Source: Microscillaceae bacterium
GTDB lineage: Bacteria; Bacteroidota; Bacteroidia; Cytophagales; Microscillaceae
Length of the DNA stretch: 32,853 bases
Direction of reading: 5' to 3'
Assembly (NCBI GenBank): GCA_011390205.1
Contig: JAABSX010000046.1
Coordinates: forward strand, 1-32,853
The notes under the pieces are model-generated. The model did no database searches. It saw nothing but the letters and a program-made list of their open reading frames with translations, and was not told the DNA's origin. A program made the translations under genes and the position numbers. Numbering within the stretch: position 1 is the stretch's first letter; every line of letters begins with the position of its first letter. Below, one piece after another: positions 18,644 through 28,859 of this stretch.

Positions 18644-19129
18644 ATGAAAATACACGCTATTTTTTATTTGTTGACACTTTTTTTATTGTGCCAATGTACC
18701 ATCAATGAAGTAGGCCCACCAGGAGAGGATGGTGGCTTTGATTTAGAGTTGCGTTTTTCCTTAGGCAGTCAAACAAAGACTACAGCCGCAGAGGATAGCC
18801 TCAGGGTAGATGCACGCTATGATTTGGTTCGATTTGACAAACGGAACTATCTCGAAGTAGATTCTATTGTATTTGGGTCTAGGATGCGCTCGGAGATAGA
18901 CCAAGACACCTGTCTGGTGTTTTTATACAATGTTACAAACAACATTGTTATCTCAGGAGCTAGACTACAATCAGATACTACGGCCTTCGAGTGGAGATAT
19001 TCTGGCAATATTTACAATGCCTTGCCTAGCCGCCCCATAGATTTGGGAGTCTTGCTTGTGAGCAAAAAAACGGGTGCAGTGGTAGAGGGAGGGCAGTCTA
19101 TTTTATTTTTGTATCGGCGGAATGAGTAA
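18644..19129 (+). CDS. Hypothetical secreted/lipoprotein.
   Basis: The ORF-track ORF 18599..19129 has an internal Met at 18644, which starts a signal peptide MKIHAIFYLLTLFLLCQC. There is no recognisable catalytic motif. It is followed by a terminator. Confidence 0.5.
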   Translation: MKIHAIFYLLTLFLLCQCTINEVGPPGEDGGFDLELRFSLGSQTKTTAAEDSLRVDARYDLVRFDKRNYLEVDSIVFGSRMRSEIDQDTCLVFLYNVTNNIVISGARLQSDTTAFEWRYSGNIYNALPSRPIDLGVLLVSKKTGAVVEGGQSILFLYRRNE

Positions 19130-19149
19130 TTTATCCAGTTAGAAAGCAT

Positions 19150-19194
19150 AAAAAAACCTCCATTAATCACTGAATAATGGAGGTTTTTGTTTTA
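19150..19194. terminator. Bidirectional rho-independent terminator.
   Basis: AAAAAAACCTCCATTA ... TAATGGAGGTTTTTGTTTT: an 11-bp perfect stem (19155-19165 / 19175-19185) with A/T runs on both sides, lying between convergent genes. Confidence 0.7.
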
Positions 19195-19201
19195 GTGAAG
19201 G

Positions 19202-20737
19202 TTATTTAATCCATTTAAGATGATACAAGTCTTTGCGGCGGTCTTTGAGATTTCGTACACTGCCCTGTGTATGTAGTTCTTTGAGCAAGTCCAAATCTAC
19301 ATCAGCAATGATGGTCATCTCACTGTTGGGTGTGCCTTCTGCAATGATGGCATTCTGTGGAAAAGCAAAATCAGAAGGAGAAAAAATAGCTCCTTGTGAG
19401 TACTGCAAATCCATATTGATTACTCTGGGCACATGCCCTACGCTGCCCGTAACAGCCACGTAGCATTCGTTCTCAATGGCACGGGCTTGAGAGCAAATAC
19501 GCACTCTTTGGTAGCCACTCTGTAAGTCAGTGGAAGAAGGCACAAATAAAATCTCCATGCCTTGGTCAGCCAAAATACGGCTCAACTCTGGGAACTCAGA
19601 GTCATAGCAAATCAATATCCCAATCTTGCCAATATCTGTTTCAAATACTTTAAGTTCATCTCCGCCCTTCATTCCCCAGTCATTTACTTCACTGGGAGTA
19701 GGGTGGATTTTGTACTGAGTTTCATAAGTGCCATCTCTTCGGCAGAGGTAGCTGACATTGTAGAGTGAGCCATTTTCTACCAGTGGCATGCTGCCTGCTA
19801 TGATATTAATGTTATATTCTAGGGCAAACTGCACCATTTTTTGGCGAATCTCCTCCGTATAGTTTGCTAATTTGCGGATGGCAGTGGCGGAGTCTAAATT
19901 GTTAAACTCAGACATCAATGGAGCATTGAATAGCTCAGGGAAGAGCAAGAAATCTGATTTATAATCACTTACTGCATCTACGAAGAACTCTACATTGTCA
20001 AAAAAAGCTTCTAAATTATTGGCACGCCGCATCAACCACTGCACTAATCCTATTCGTACCCAAGATTTTTTACTGCCTACAGTTTTTTTCTTTCTCTCAT
20101 AATAGATGTTTTTCCACTCTATGAGCGTGGCATGTGCATTGGAGGCGGAGTCTGAGGGGAGGTAATTTTTTAAGATTCTTCTGACGTGGAAGTCATTGCT
20201 GAGCTGAAAGGTAAGCACAGGGTCAAAGATTTCTTTTGCCTTTACCTTGTCTATGTATTGCTTAGGGCTGAGTGCATCCTGGTGTAAGTGATAATTGGGC
20301 ATTCTGCCTCCTGCCACTATAGATTTCAGGTTAAGATTTTCACAGAGTTCTTTTCTGCCATCGTAGAGCCTTCGCCCTAGTCTAAGTCCTTGATATTCAG
20401 GGTGTACCCCCACTTCTATTCCGTAGAGGATGTTTCCGTCTTTGTCGTGGGTAGAAAACGAGCCCGTATCTGTTACTTCTTTGTAAGTATGGTCATCTTC
20501 TAAATCCTCTTCATCTATCAGGATACAGAGTGCAAAAGCGACCACCCTGCCCTTGTCCTCGATACAGATTTGCCCTTCGGGAAATAGCTCTAGTAGTTTG
20601 CTGATTTGTTCGTGTTTCCAGCTTCCCATGTCTTTATAGACCAAATTCATGATTTGGTTCAGTCCATCAAAGTCTTCTATGGTAAGGTTACGTAGTTTGA
20701 GAATGTGTTCGCTGGATTCTGTTTGGATATTTTGCAT
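19202..20737 (-). CDS. Bifunctional GNAT N-acetyltransferase / carbon-nitrogen hydrolase (nitrilase-superfamily) protein.
   Basis: The N-terminal ~150 aa have a GNAT-like core (YGIEVGVHPEYQGLRLGRRLY). The C-terminal ~280 aa have the CN-hydrolase Glu-Lys-Cys triad context (LLFPELFN ... IGILICYDSEFPE ... ENECYVAVTGSVG). Confidence 0.8.
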   Translation of the reverse strand: MQNIQTESSEHILKLRNLTIEDFDGLNQIMNLVYKDMGSWKHEQISKLLELFPEGQICIEDKGRVVAFALCILIDEEDLEDDHTYKEVTDTGSFSTHDKDGNILYGIEVGVHPEYQGLRLGRRLYDGRKELCENLNLKSIVAGGRMPNYHLHQDALSPKQYIDKVKAKEIFDPVLTFQLSNDFHVRRILKNYLPSDSASNAHATLIEWKNIYYERKKKTVGSKKSWVRIGLVQWLMRRANNLEAFFDNVEFFVDAVSDYKSDFLLFPELFNAPLMSEFNNLDSATAIRKLANYTEEIRQKMVQFALEYNINIIAGSMPLVENGSLYNVSYLCRRDGTYETQYKIHPTPSEVNDWGMKGGDELKVFETDIGKIGILICYDSEFPELSRILADQGMEILFVPSSTDLQSGYQRVRICSQARAIENECYVAVTGSVGHVPRVINMDLQYSQGAIFSPSDFAFPQNAIIAEGTPNSEMTIIADVDLDLLKELHTQGSVRNLKDRRKDLYHLKWIK

Positions 20738-20969
20738 AAAGTAGAGATATTGTTAATAAGTAAAATAAGTAGTTTTGGTGGTTTGTTATAAAATTTCTTA
20801 AAGATTTGTTTATCAGTACTTTGTATCTGATTAGAAATCTAATCCATCATCACTTGACCATATATAGAAAATGAAACACAGTTAAATTGTTTGGGCAAAT
20901 TTCCAGTAGTCTGTTTCTTTATTGATAAATGCAGTTACAAAAGTGAGAAAAAATCAGTTAGATTCATCT

Positions 20970-22754
20970 TTATTCTGTCAGAATATTTATGTTTTCTTCT
21001 AGTCTAAAGATAGGGTAGCGCATGTATTCTTTTTCAAAGTAAGGGGAGTTTTGGTAAATAAAATAAAGTTGTGAATCAGGATTTTTCGCAAATGCTTCGT
21101 CTGTGTCTATTTTTTCCTTCAATTTTTTTCTGAGTGTTGCATCATTTTTTAAGAGTTCTTCTGCAAGGTCTTCAAAGACATAGCTTGAGTAGCCTTCTTT
21201 TTGCTGTAAAATACTGTCAAAGAAATTCCAATTAAAGAAGGAGTCTATTGCTTGGGGTTCTAGGGTTTCTATGATATAGCGGTTGCTGCTTTGATTCGTA
21301 AAAATGACATAATCTCCTTTGCGCAAAAAGATACTTTGTTTTTTCTTTTCTACTTCTGTCTGGTAATGTACATAATGGCTTTCGTAGGGCTGTGTGCGTG
21401 TTTTGAAATCAGTGATGTAGTAGGCATCGAGGTCTATGATTTGGTCTTGGCTGAGCTGTTTCATTTCCACATCATTTCGTTTCATTAAATCTATGACCTT
21501 GTGCCAAGCCTGTGGGATAAGATAAGCGATGGGTTTTTGGATGGAAATGCTCGGTTTGTAAAATTCATAAAAAGGGATTTCTTTGGTAAAAGGCTTGTCA
21601 GGATGGTATTTGAGCCTTTGCCCTGTGCTTACTTTGCTTGGGATGCGTGTAGCTTCATAGCCTCTAAAGAGCAATACACTAGAAGTATCACGCCTTACCT
21701 GCCAGTCTAGCACAAACTCATTTTGGCTGATGGCATCTTGGGCTTGCTTTGCTCGGAGGGCTTTGATTTTTTCGCCTTCGGTAGCCAATATTTCCAGAAA
21801 AGACTGCATCAATTGGTAGGTAGCTTGCACACGAGCAGGGTAAGGCTTAAGCATGTGTGTCTCACTGATAAAGCCTAGCGTATGAAAAAGGGTAGTATAG
21901 CCCGAAGTGTATCGAGGAGAATCATAAAATCCAGCAAAGCCCTCAGGTTCGGGTGTTCGCCCAAACACATTGACATAGGGAGTCATGGGCTGTTTTTTAT
22001 CATTCATTTGTTGGTTTAAGTGAGGGATAAACTCATTTCTGAGATAATTGCCCAATCCTCCGCCTAGCTTATCGGGCTGTGTGGCGAGGTAGGTCATGAC
22101 ATATTGGTAATCTGCTCCGTTGCTGACGTGATTGTCTAAAAATACATGGGGCTTCCAAGTTTGGAATATTTCTGTAAATGCCAAGGCATTCTTAGAATCT
22201 GCCTTGATAAAATCTCTGTTGAGGTCTAGGTTACGGGCATTTCCTCTAAAACCATAGCTAAGAGGCCCGTTTTGGTTGGCTCTGCTGTAGGCACTTCTAT
22301 TGAGAGCTCCGCCGATGTTATAAAAAGGAATGGCTATCAGCACAGTATTTTTTAGGAGTTTCTGAAGTGATTTTTTTTGTGCCAAATCCCTCAGTAGCAT
22401 CATTGTGGCATCTACTCCGTCGGGCTCACCGGGGTGTATGGCATTATTGACCATAAAGATGAGCTTTCCCTGTGCTTGAAGGTCTTCGGGTTCAAAATTT
22501 TTATCTTCCGAAAAAATCACCAAGTGAAGCGGTAGCCCACTATCAGTAGTGCCATAGGTCAGGAGTTTAATCTCAGGATATGCCCCTGCTAGTTTTTCGA
22601 GGTAGGCAATGCCCTCTGAGTAAGTAAGGGTTTCTTGTCCTTGTGTTTGCTCAAATTTAGTGAGCCACTCAGATTTTTGTTGTGCAAAGCCATAAAAGAC
22701 ACAGCAGCAGGCAAGGCACAGCGTAAGTATGTTTGTAAAGTATTTAAGCATCAT
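20970..22754 (-). CDS. M14-family zinc carboxypeptidase, secreted.
   Basis: Signal peptide MMLKYFTNILTLCLACCCVFYGFAQ. Zn-binding HxxE motif in NNAIHPGEPDG. Length 594 aa. Confidence 0.7.
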   Translation of the reverse strand: MMLKYFTNILTLCLACCCVFYGFAQQKSEWLTKFEQTQGQETLTYSEGIAYLEKLAGAYPEIKLLTYGTTDSGLPLHLVIFSEDKNFEPEDLQAQGKLIFMVNNAIHPGEPDGVDATMMLLRDLAQKKSLQKLLKNTVLIAIPFYNIGGALNRSAYSRANQNGPLSYGFRGNARNLDLNRDFIKADSKNALAFTEIFQTWKPHVFLDNHVSNGADYQYVMTYLATQPDKLGGGLGNYLRNEFIPHLNQQMNDKKQPMTPYVNVFGRTPEPEGFAGFYDSPRYTSGYTTLFHTLGFISETHMLKPYPARVQATYQLMQSFLEILATEGEKIKALRAKQAQDAISQNEFVLDWQVRRDTSSVLLFRGYEATRIPSKVSTGQRLKYHPDKPFTKEIPFYEFYKPSISIQKPIAYLIPQAWHKVIDLMKRNDVEMKQLSQDQIIDLDAYYITDFKTRTQPYESHYVHYQTEVEKKKQSIFLRKGDYVIFTNQSSNRYIIETLEPQAIDSFFNWNFFDSILQQKEGYSSYVFEDLAEELLKNDATLRKKLKEKIDTDEAFAKNPDSQLYFIYQNSPYFEKEYMRYPIFRLEENINILTE

Positions 22755-22785
22755 TGATTGTAAAATTTTGGTAGCTTAGCGTTTA

Positions 22786-22821
22786 TAAAAAAATCCTTTA
22801 CAGTGCATATGACTGTAAAGG
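22786..22821 (-). terminator. Rho-independent terminator ending the decarboxylase/ATP-grasp transcription unit.
   Basis: CCTTTACAGT gcatat GACTGTAAAGG is a perfect 10-bp inverted repeat (22795-22804 / 22811-22820) preceded on the + strand by AAAAAAA, which is a T-run after the hairpin on the - strand. It lies 25-60 bp below the ATP-grasp stop. Confidence 0.7.
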
Positions 22822-22845
22822 ACGTAATATTTAAGCTTTTTGGGC

Positions 22846-24354
22846 TTACATGAGTTTGAAACCACCTATTTCAGCAATGGTATTCTGAGCAAAAGTCATA
22901 TTGGTAGGTGTATCTCCAATGAAGTTATTTCTGATGCCCGCTATCCAAAGTTTGGCACGGTCATTCAGTTTGAAGTCATCTGTCATTAGTCGTCCACGAG
23001 TTACGAGTATTCCAAGGTCTGCTCCTTCGTAGCGGTAGTCTCCTACATTGCTAATTCTAAGGAAAAAAGCCTCCTGCTCACTCTCTACAGCACGGCGGTG
23101 CGTGTCATATCTAGAGTAATAAACAGTACCATCTTCTTTCATCACCCAAATACCTGTGGGGGGTGCATATCTAATGGTGTCTATGGTATCTTCAGTATGC
23201 TTGATGACGAGTTGGCTCCATCCGTCCACATTTTCGGGTCTGTTCCAGCGTTGGTTGAGTTGGCTCACATTGAGTTTGTAGTCTATGTCCATCCATTCTA
23301 AGATATGAAACATAAAAAGCGGGCAATCAGCCAGCGCAAACACAGCGTGGTTCGTGATAGAGCTTGCACCTGTTACTCTAGGGTTGAGCTCACCTAAGTA
23401 AATCTCTCCATTGTCTTGGTCTATCAAAAAATCAAGTTCGAAATAGCCTTTGTAGCCTTCTTCTCTGAGTTGGTTGCCAAATTTTTCGGTATATAGCCTT
23501 GCTTTTTCTCGAATATTTTTGGTGAATGCACCTGGAAAAATCTCATTACCACACCATCCCCCTTGGTAGGGTGTGAGCTCCTTGAAGCCCACGAGCTCGG
23601 TCATGAGCGGTGCTACGATGGTGCCATGTCTGGTTACACAAGCTTCTATAGCAGAGCCTATGCAGTTAATTCTTTTCATGATTTTGACTTCGGCTTCTGA
23701 GACGATTTCTTCTTCGTGCTTTTTAAATTCGGCTTCGTTAGAGATAAAGAAGGTCGTATGTCCTGAGTCTCCGAAGGGTGTCTGAATGACAAGATGCTCT
23801 CCTAGGTCTTTTGTTTTTTCTCTGAGGTCTTTATAGTTATCTATTTTGGTAAGTACATTGGGCACAGAGGGGACACCAGCCTTTTGTGCCACACGTGTGG
23901 TCGTTACTTTGTTGTCAAGGTGGTTTCTGAGAGAAGCCGTCGGGAAGATGACTTCTAAGCCCAGTTCTTTGGCAAGGGCTTCTGTGCGTTCGTCAAACAT
24001 TAAAAATAGGGCCTTGCCTTTGTTACCGTTTATGGCTCTTTTATCAATCAGGTCAGAGACCTCTTTATGCTCTAGCAGGTAATTATTAATATCTTCTATG
24101 CTCTTAAATTCTTCGTGTGGGAGTTCTGAAGGCACAAATACATTGGGGTGTTGTCTATCAAAGCAATCAATGTAAGAAATATATTTGAATCCTTTAATCC
24201 ACTCATCGGCACCTAGCAGGTTAAAGTTGGTAGCGCTGATAAAATAAATAGGGATTTCATTTTTGTAGAAAAATCTTCTTATGTCTGAGATGCCATTAAG
24301 GACTTTTTTTTCTCGTTCTGCGAGGTTATGAAGTTTGGATTGTATTTTTGCCAT
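22846..24354 (-). CDS. ATP-grasp domain carboxylate-amine ligase-like protein, substrate unknown.
   Basis: 502 aa. A central ATP-grasp signature region (YFELDFLIDQDNGEIYLGELNPRVTGASS) with a preceding pre-ATP-grasp region and an extra C-terminal ~150 aa. Confidence 0.65.
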   Translation of the reverse strand: MAKIQSKLHNLAEREKKVLNGISDIRRFFYKNEIPIYFISATNFNLLGADEWIKGFKYISYIDCFDRQHPNVFVPSELPHEEFKSIEDINNYLLEHKEVSDLIDKRAINGNKGKALFLMFDERTEALAKELGLEVIFPTASLRNHLDNKVTTTRVAQKAGVPSVPNVLTKIDNYKDLREKTKDLGEHLVIQTPFGDSGHTTFFISNEAEFKKHEEEIVSEAEVKIMKRINCIGSAIEACVTRHGTIVAPLMTELVGFKELTPYQGGWCGNEIFPGAFTKNIREKARLYTEKFGNQLREEGYKGYFELDFLIDQDNGEIYLGELNPRVTGASSITNHAVFALADCPLFMFHILEWMDIDYKLNVSQLNQRWNRPENVDGWSQLVIKHTEDTIDTIRYAPPTGIWVMKEDGTVYYSRYDTHRRAVESEQEAFFLRISNVGDYRYEGADLGILVTRGRLMTDDFKLNDRAKLWIAGIRNNFIGDTPTNMTFAQNTIAEIGGFKLM

Positions 24355-24391
24355 AATGAATTATAAGGGGTTATTTAGTGTATTGATTAAT

Positions 24392-27232
24392 TTATTTATT
24401 TGATTGCCCATTTTTGGTATTTATACCACCATTTTGTACCTCTTCTTGTACTTTGCCACTGATGGTTTTTTCTGAGGGCTTTGATTCTTCATCGGGTGTA
24501 TTCTTAATTTTTGGTGGGTAAGATTTGTATCCCAGTTTTTCTAGAGCCATTTCTTTGAACACTCTAAAGCCCAACTCGGGGCGGTAGCTATGAATTTCTT
24601 TGACATCAAGGGCTTTTATAAAATCAATGATTTCACGCGTCATGACTTGCCCAGGCACCAGCACAGGAAAACCAGGGGGGTATGGTGTTACAAAATTTGT
24701 GGAAACGATTTCACGTTCTTCCTCCATGGCTTTCTCACATTCTTCTATTTTGAGATACTCACAGTACTCTTCTTCATAGGCATAAAAATAGGCATCTCTG
24801 ATGTTGCCTTCTGAGGTATCCCAGTGAGATCTAAATGCAGCGTGAAAGTAGCTAAAGTTAGGGAGAGGCGGTAGGTTTTGCGTCAGAGAATGTATAGACT
24901 TTTGGTGAAGCATCATCTCGGCAGGGTTAAAAGAGTTGGTTTTTTCTTCTATCTGTTGGGCTACCTTGATAAGAACACTGACCAAATAAGTAACAGAACT
25001 GCGTGTAGTGCCGATATTGGTCATAAAAAGGACAGTATTTCGGGTGGTTTTATTGACCTGAATACCGAATTTATCCATCAAGAAATCCCTTTTAAAGGTA
25101 TCACCATCTATGCCCGTTTTGCCGATGTAAAGCGTAATCTTAGTGGGGTCAAGCACAAACTCATCCTTCTCCCATGCTTCATTCATTTGTGACCATCCTT
25201 CTTCTGCATCAAAATACACAGAAAGCCCTGAGCTACGGTAAGCAGGTGGGATAAACTGAGCTACAGTCAGCACTTCAAAATATTTACTTAGGAGTGGGTG
25301 AATCGTGATTTTTTCCCTCAGATTCATAGCCATTTCTATGCTTTTTTCTACCATCTCATAGCCTTCTAGCTCCACTTGTCTTCTGCCTATGTCTAATGAA
25401 GCCACGATTTGGTAATTGGGAGAAGTAGAGATATGTGTCATATAGGCTTCGTGGAAAGCATCTTCTGTTTTACGTTTAAATTCTTCGTCATAGACGTGAA
25501 TCATAGAGCCTTGCCTAAATGCCGTGAGTGTTTTGTGGGTAGATTGAGTAGAATAGACCCTGATTTTTACCTCATCGGGGTTAGGGATTCTTTTTTCTTC
25601 TCCTTTTCCTGCCCTGCACAGATCTTCATAATGTTTGACATAGACCTTGCTTTTGTATTTTTTAGAGAGTTTATCAGCATTATACATCGCAGTTCGCTGA
25701 CGATATACGGGCGTAAAGCGTGCAAAGCCAAACCAAGCCTCATCCCAGAGGAAGACCATATCAGGCTTGATTGCCAAGATTTCTTCCATGACTTTTTCTA
25801 CATTATAGACCATTCCGTCAAAAGTGCAATTGGTCAAAATAAGCATTTTGACACTGCTGAGCCTGCCTGCTTCTCTAAATTCATATAGTTTTTGTTTAAT
25901 ATCTTCTAGAGGCACAGCTCCATACATAGAGTAATCTATGATGGGGTAGGAATCTAAATAAACGGCTTTTGCTCCCATCATCACCAGTCCATAATGATGT
26001 GATTTATGACAATCTCTATCTACCAATACGACATCTCCAGGCCTGATAATCGCTTGCAATACGATTTTATTGGAAGTAGAAGTGCCATTGGTTACAAAGA
26101 ATGTTTCTTTAGACCCAAAGGCTCGGGCAGCATACTCTTGCGCTTCTTTGATAGAGCCCGTAGGCTGGAGCAGTGAATCAAGCCCGCCTGTAGTGGCGGA
26201 GGTTTCTGCCAAGAAAATATTTCGCCCATAAAAATCTCCCAGACTTTTAATCCAGTTGGATTTAAACACAGAGTTGCCCCTTGAGAGTGGCATTGCGTGA
26301 AAGACTCCAGTGGGTTTTTGGCTATATTGCCTGAGAGCATCAAAAAATGGCGTATGGTACCTGTCTCTGACTCCCCGCAAAATGCTCAGGTGCAAGTCTT
26401 GAATGTCTTCTTGTCTATAAAAAATCCTCCTAAACAAATTCAATGTTTTGGTTTTAATCTGGCTGATAGAAGTATTGGTAACATAGAATAAGTCTATTTC
26501 AGACCTAAATTTTTTGAGCATACTCCCTAGTAACGGCCCCGTATCGTGAGAGTCCACTCCAAATGACTCAAACTTAGGGATAGAGCCCAAGAAACTTGCG
26601 ATGGTTTCTAGCTGATTAGAAGAGTAAAGCGGAATATCTTGGCGAATAAGTCCACACTGAATGTTGGGGTTAAATAGCAAGGCAATCAGTGCATCTTGCA
26701 AAGATTCTACAATCAAGACATTATAAATGAATTGGTCATTGGAGTGCTGCACCTCTTCAAATCTTTCTACGAGATTATTCTCTTGGTCTTCTGAGAGCTT
26801 ATCTACAATCATGACTTCAAAATAATGCTTATTGGCATCATATTTTTCTACTGAGCCTTCTTCTAAGATATTATTAAGATTGGCTTTGGCACTTACAGGA
26901 TTCAATCTGTAAGATTCACTGGTGAGTGCCTTAAAGATGTTGCCTAGAGCCATTCCAAAAGAATTAAATTCTTGTCGGTGTAGCATAAGCCTAAGACTTT
27001 CTATGGCTTTTTTGCCTGGATATGCCCAGTACCTCTCGATAACTTCTAGTCGATCAATTAGCTCAAATATATACGCTTGCTCTGCTGAGCTTGGCTGTAT
27101 TTTTTCTCTCAGATTAGGTGCTACCAGCTTCAGGTTATTCCAAATATCAAGGCGATATTGCCCAATATTAAAATATTTTTTAGAGAGTGTGTAAGGTTTA
27201 TTAGAGGGTATATTTTCAGTATTTGATGACAT
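24392..27232 (-). CDS. Large Orn/Lys/Arg decarboxylase family (fold-type I PLP) enzyme with a long N-terminal extension.
   Basis: 946 aa. OKR_DC_1 major-domain segments (FHAMPLSRGNSVF, FVTNGTSTSNKIVL, VLVDRDCHKSHHYG). The PLP-lysine motif YSTQSTHKTL. A C-terminal OKR_DC_1_C-like region. It starts 37 bp upstream of the ATP-grasp gene on the same strand. Confidence 0.85.
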   Translation of the reverse strand: MSSNTENIPSNKPYTLSKKYFNIGQYRLDIWNNLKLVAPNLREKIQPSSAEQAYIFELIDRLEVIERYWAYPGKKAIESLRLMLHRQEFNSFGMALGNIFKALTSESYRLNPVSAKANLNNILEEGSVEKYDANKHYFEVMIVDKLSEDQENNLVERFEEVQHSNDQFIYNVLIVESLQDALIALLFNPNIQCGLIRQDIPLYSSNQLETIASFLGSIPKFESFGVDSHDTGPLLGSMLKKFRSEIDLFYVTNTSISQIKTKTLNLFRRIFYRQEDIQDLHLSILRGVRDRYHTPFFDALRQYSQKPTGVFHAMPLSRGNSVFKSNWIKSLGDFYGRNIFLAETSATTGGLDSLLQPTGSIKEAQEYAARAFGSKETFFVTNGTSTSNKIVLQAIIRPGDVVLVDRDCHKSHHYGLVMMGAKAVYLDSYPIIDYSMYGAVPLEDIKQKLYEFREAGRLSSVKMLILTNCTFDGMVYNVEKVMEEILAIKPDMVFLWDEAWFGFARFTPVYRQRTAMYNADKLSKKYKSKVYVKHYEDLCRAGKGEEKRIPNPDEVKIRVYSTQSTHKTLTAFRQGSMIHVYDEEFKRKTEDAFHEAYMTHISTSPNYQIVASLDIGRRQVELEGYEMVEKSIEMAMNLREKITIHPLLSKYFEVLTVAQFIPPAYRSSGLSVYFDAEEGWSQMNEAWEKDEFVLDPTKITLYIGKTGIDGDTFKRDFLMDKFGIQVNKTTRNTVLFMTNIGTTRSSVTYLVSVLIKVAQQIEEKTNSFNPAEMMLHQKSIHSLTQNLPPLPNFSYFHAAFRSHWDTSEGNIRDAYFYAYEEEYCEYLKIEECEKAMEEEREIVSTNFVTPYPPGFPVLVPGQVMTREIIDFIKALDVKEIHSYRPELGFRVFKEMALEKLGYKSYPPKIKNTPDEESKPSEKTISGKVQEEVQNGGINTKNGQSNK

Positions 27233-27305
27233 ATATCTGTTTATTAGTGTTTTTCAATCGTAAGATAAAGACAAAAAGTCGTAATTGGTAATATTTGGAG
27301 CAAAT

Positions 27306-28610
27306 TCATTTCGCAGTATTTTGTTTGATCCATTGTTGATAGAATGTTTCTTTTTTTGGAGAGGTAGAAAAATATTGTTTTTTTATTTCTTGTAAAAATT
27401 GGTTTTTAGCTTTAAATGGATTAAGAATAGCAAGCAAACTACTTTTGTTATTTTGTTTTTCCTCTCGAAGCTTTCTTACCATGTGATGCAGGGGGATTTC
27501 TATCGGGCAGGCTTCAGCACAAGCGCCACAAAGTGTACTTTCTGTAAGTAACTGGTTGTCATTAATGTGGGTTTTACTTTCTAAGACAAGACCTATAACA
27601 CCAGGATAAAAATTTTTGGTATTAGGAGGTAGCTGAGTTACTACTGGGCAAGTAAAGGCACAGGCTTGACAATGAATACACCTCAAAGCTTGCCTTAGCA
27701 TAGGGTCTTTATACAATTCACTTCTTCCGTTGTCCAGTATTATAACATCTAAATTCTTATATTGTTGGATTTCGGACTGATTCAATGGTGCATTTAAGAG
27801 AAAGGATTGGGCAGAAAAGATGTTTCCTGTCTGATAACCATCTTTGAGGCTCAGTAAAAGCTCTAAATCTTCTAGCTTGGCAACAATCTGCGAAAGGCTC
27901 ACCACCACGATATGTCTGGAAGCCTGCCCCAGAATAGTTTGGATATTTGTTTGATTATCTGAAAAGCACAGACTTCCTGTATCAGCCACCATAAAATCTG
28001 CTCCCAAAATTCCTAAAGCTTGGTGCTTGATTTGGTGTAAGTTTTTTTCTTGGAGGTAGTCAAAAATTTCTTTGGCATCTACACCTATTTTTTGATTGTC
28101 TTTTTGTTCGATGGCCTCTGCAATGTCTTTGAGTGAACTGACTGAGACTTCCTGCGTATTCATTTGTTTATTTTCAGGCAGATATCGGGATATCTGAGCG
28201 TGTATATCTGTATAGACAAGATCGATATCCTGATTTTGGATAGCTTTTTCAAAATCTACCTCTTGCAGTATAGGGGCTCGGTGTGCAATGACCTGTGTGT
28301 TATTTTGCTGGTGAAGAATGTTTCTGATGATGTGTTGTGCTTCTTGTGCTTGTTCAGCCCAGTGTACTTTAGCACCTCTCTGCGTGATTTTTTTCTCAAA
28401 ATCTACCAGCAAAGTATCTAAATTTTCAATGGCCTCTGCTCTTAAAAATTTAGCACGGCTGCGAGCAAGCGCCAAGTCGCTAAATTGTAGCTGTGCTTGG
28501 GCTTGTTTTACTTGTAGGTATTGCCTGTATTCGTTTTGATGATGTCGAGCCTTAATCTCTTCACCAAGCTTGTCAGTTTTTTTTTGAAATCTATATTCAG
28601 ATGAAACCAT
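27306..28610 (-). CDS. LutB/LldF-like iron-sulfur protein (LUD domain + 4Fe-4S dicluster).
   Basis: Two Cys clusters CIHCQACAFTCPV and CGACAEACPIEIP (ferredoxin-type CxxCxxCxxxCP x2) C-terminal to a LUD/DUF162-like segment (ILGADFMVADTGSLCFSDNQTN). 434 aa. Confidence 0.6.
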   Translation of the reverse strand: MVSSEYRFQKKTDKLGEEIKARHHQNEYRQYLQVKQAQAQLQFSDLALARSRAKFLRAEAIENLDTLLVDFEKKITQRGAKVHWAEQAQEAQHIIRNILHQQNNTQVIAHRAPILQEVDFEKAIQNQDIDLVYTDIHAQISRYLPENKQMNTQEVSVSSLKDIAEAIEQKDNQKIGVDAKEIFDYLQEKNLHQIKHQALGILGADFMVADTGSLCFSDNQTNIQTILGQASRHIVVVSLSQIVAKLEDLELLLSLKDGYQTGNIFSAQSFLLNAPLNQSEIQQYKNLDVIILDNGRSELYKDPMLRQALRCIHCQACAFTCPVVTQLPPNTKNFYPGVIGLVLESKTHINDNQLLTESTLCGACAEACPIEIPLHHMVRKLREEKQNNKSSLLAILNPFKAKNQFLQEIKKQYFSTSPKKETFYQQWIKQNTAK

Positions 28611-28785
28611 ATGTGTCAGCGTAAAAATATCAATGCCTTTGAATCCTTGTTTTAGTATTAAAATATCATGAAAGCTAATCGTTTTTTAGTGAATTTGCAA
28701 ATAATAAAAGCATTAATCTGTTTTTTACATTTAATTTCAGCGTGTGAGGCTGATTTTATGTAAGAGTTCAATTTCTAGGGGCATT

Positions 28786-28833
28786 TATAAAAAAGTTTTT
28801 GAGGCATCATTTGACACTTCAAAAACTTTTTTT
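28786..28833 (-). terminator. Rho-independent terminator immediately downstream of the MVP-like gene.
   Basis: AAAAAAGTTTTTGAGG ... CTTCAAAAACTTTTTTT: a stem of about 12 bp with one mismatch, flanked by an A-run (a T-run on the - strand). It lies 27 bp below the stop at 28860. Confidence 0.65.
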
Positions 28834-28859
28834 AGTAATGGCAACTAAGTTACAAATGT

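Noticed and set aside
22755-22790. Looked for a dedicated promoter for the M14 carboxypeptidase gene between its start and the upstream terminator
   Set aside because: No TAnnTTTG/-33 TTTG pair was found on the minus strand in the 32 bp available. The gene may be expressed by read-through or from a non-canonical promoter.
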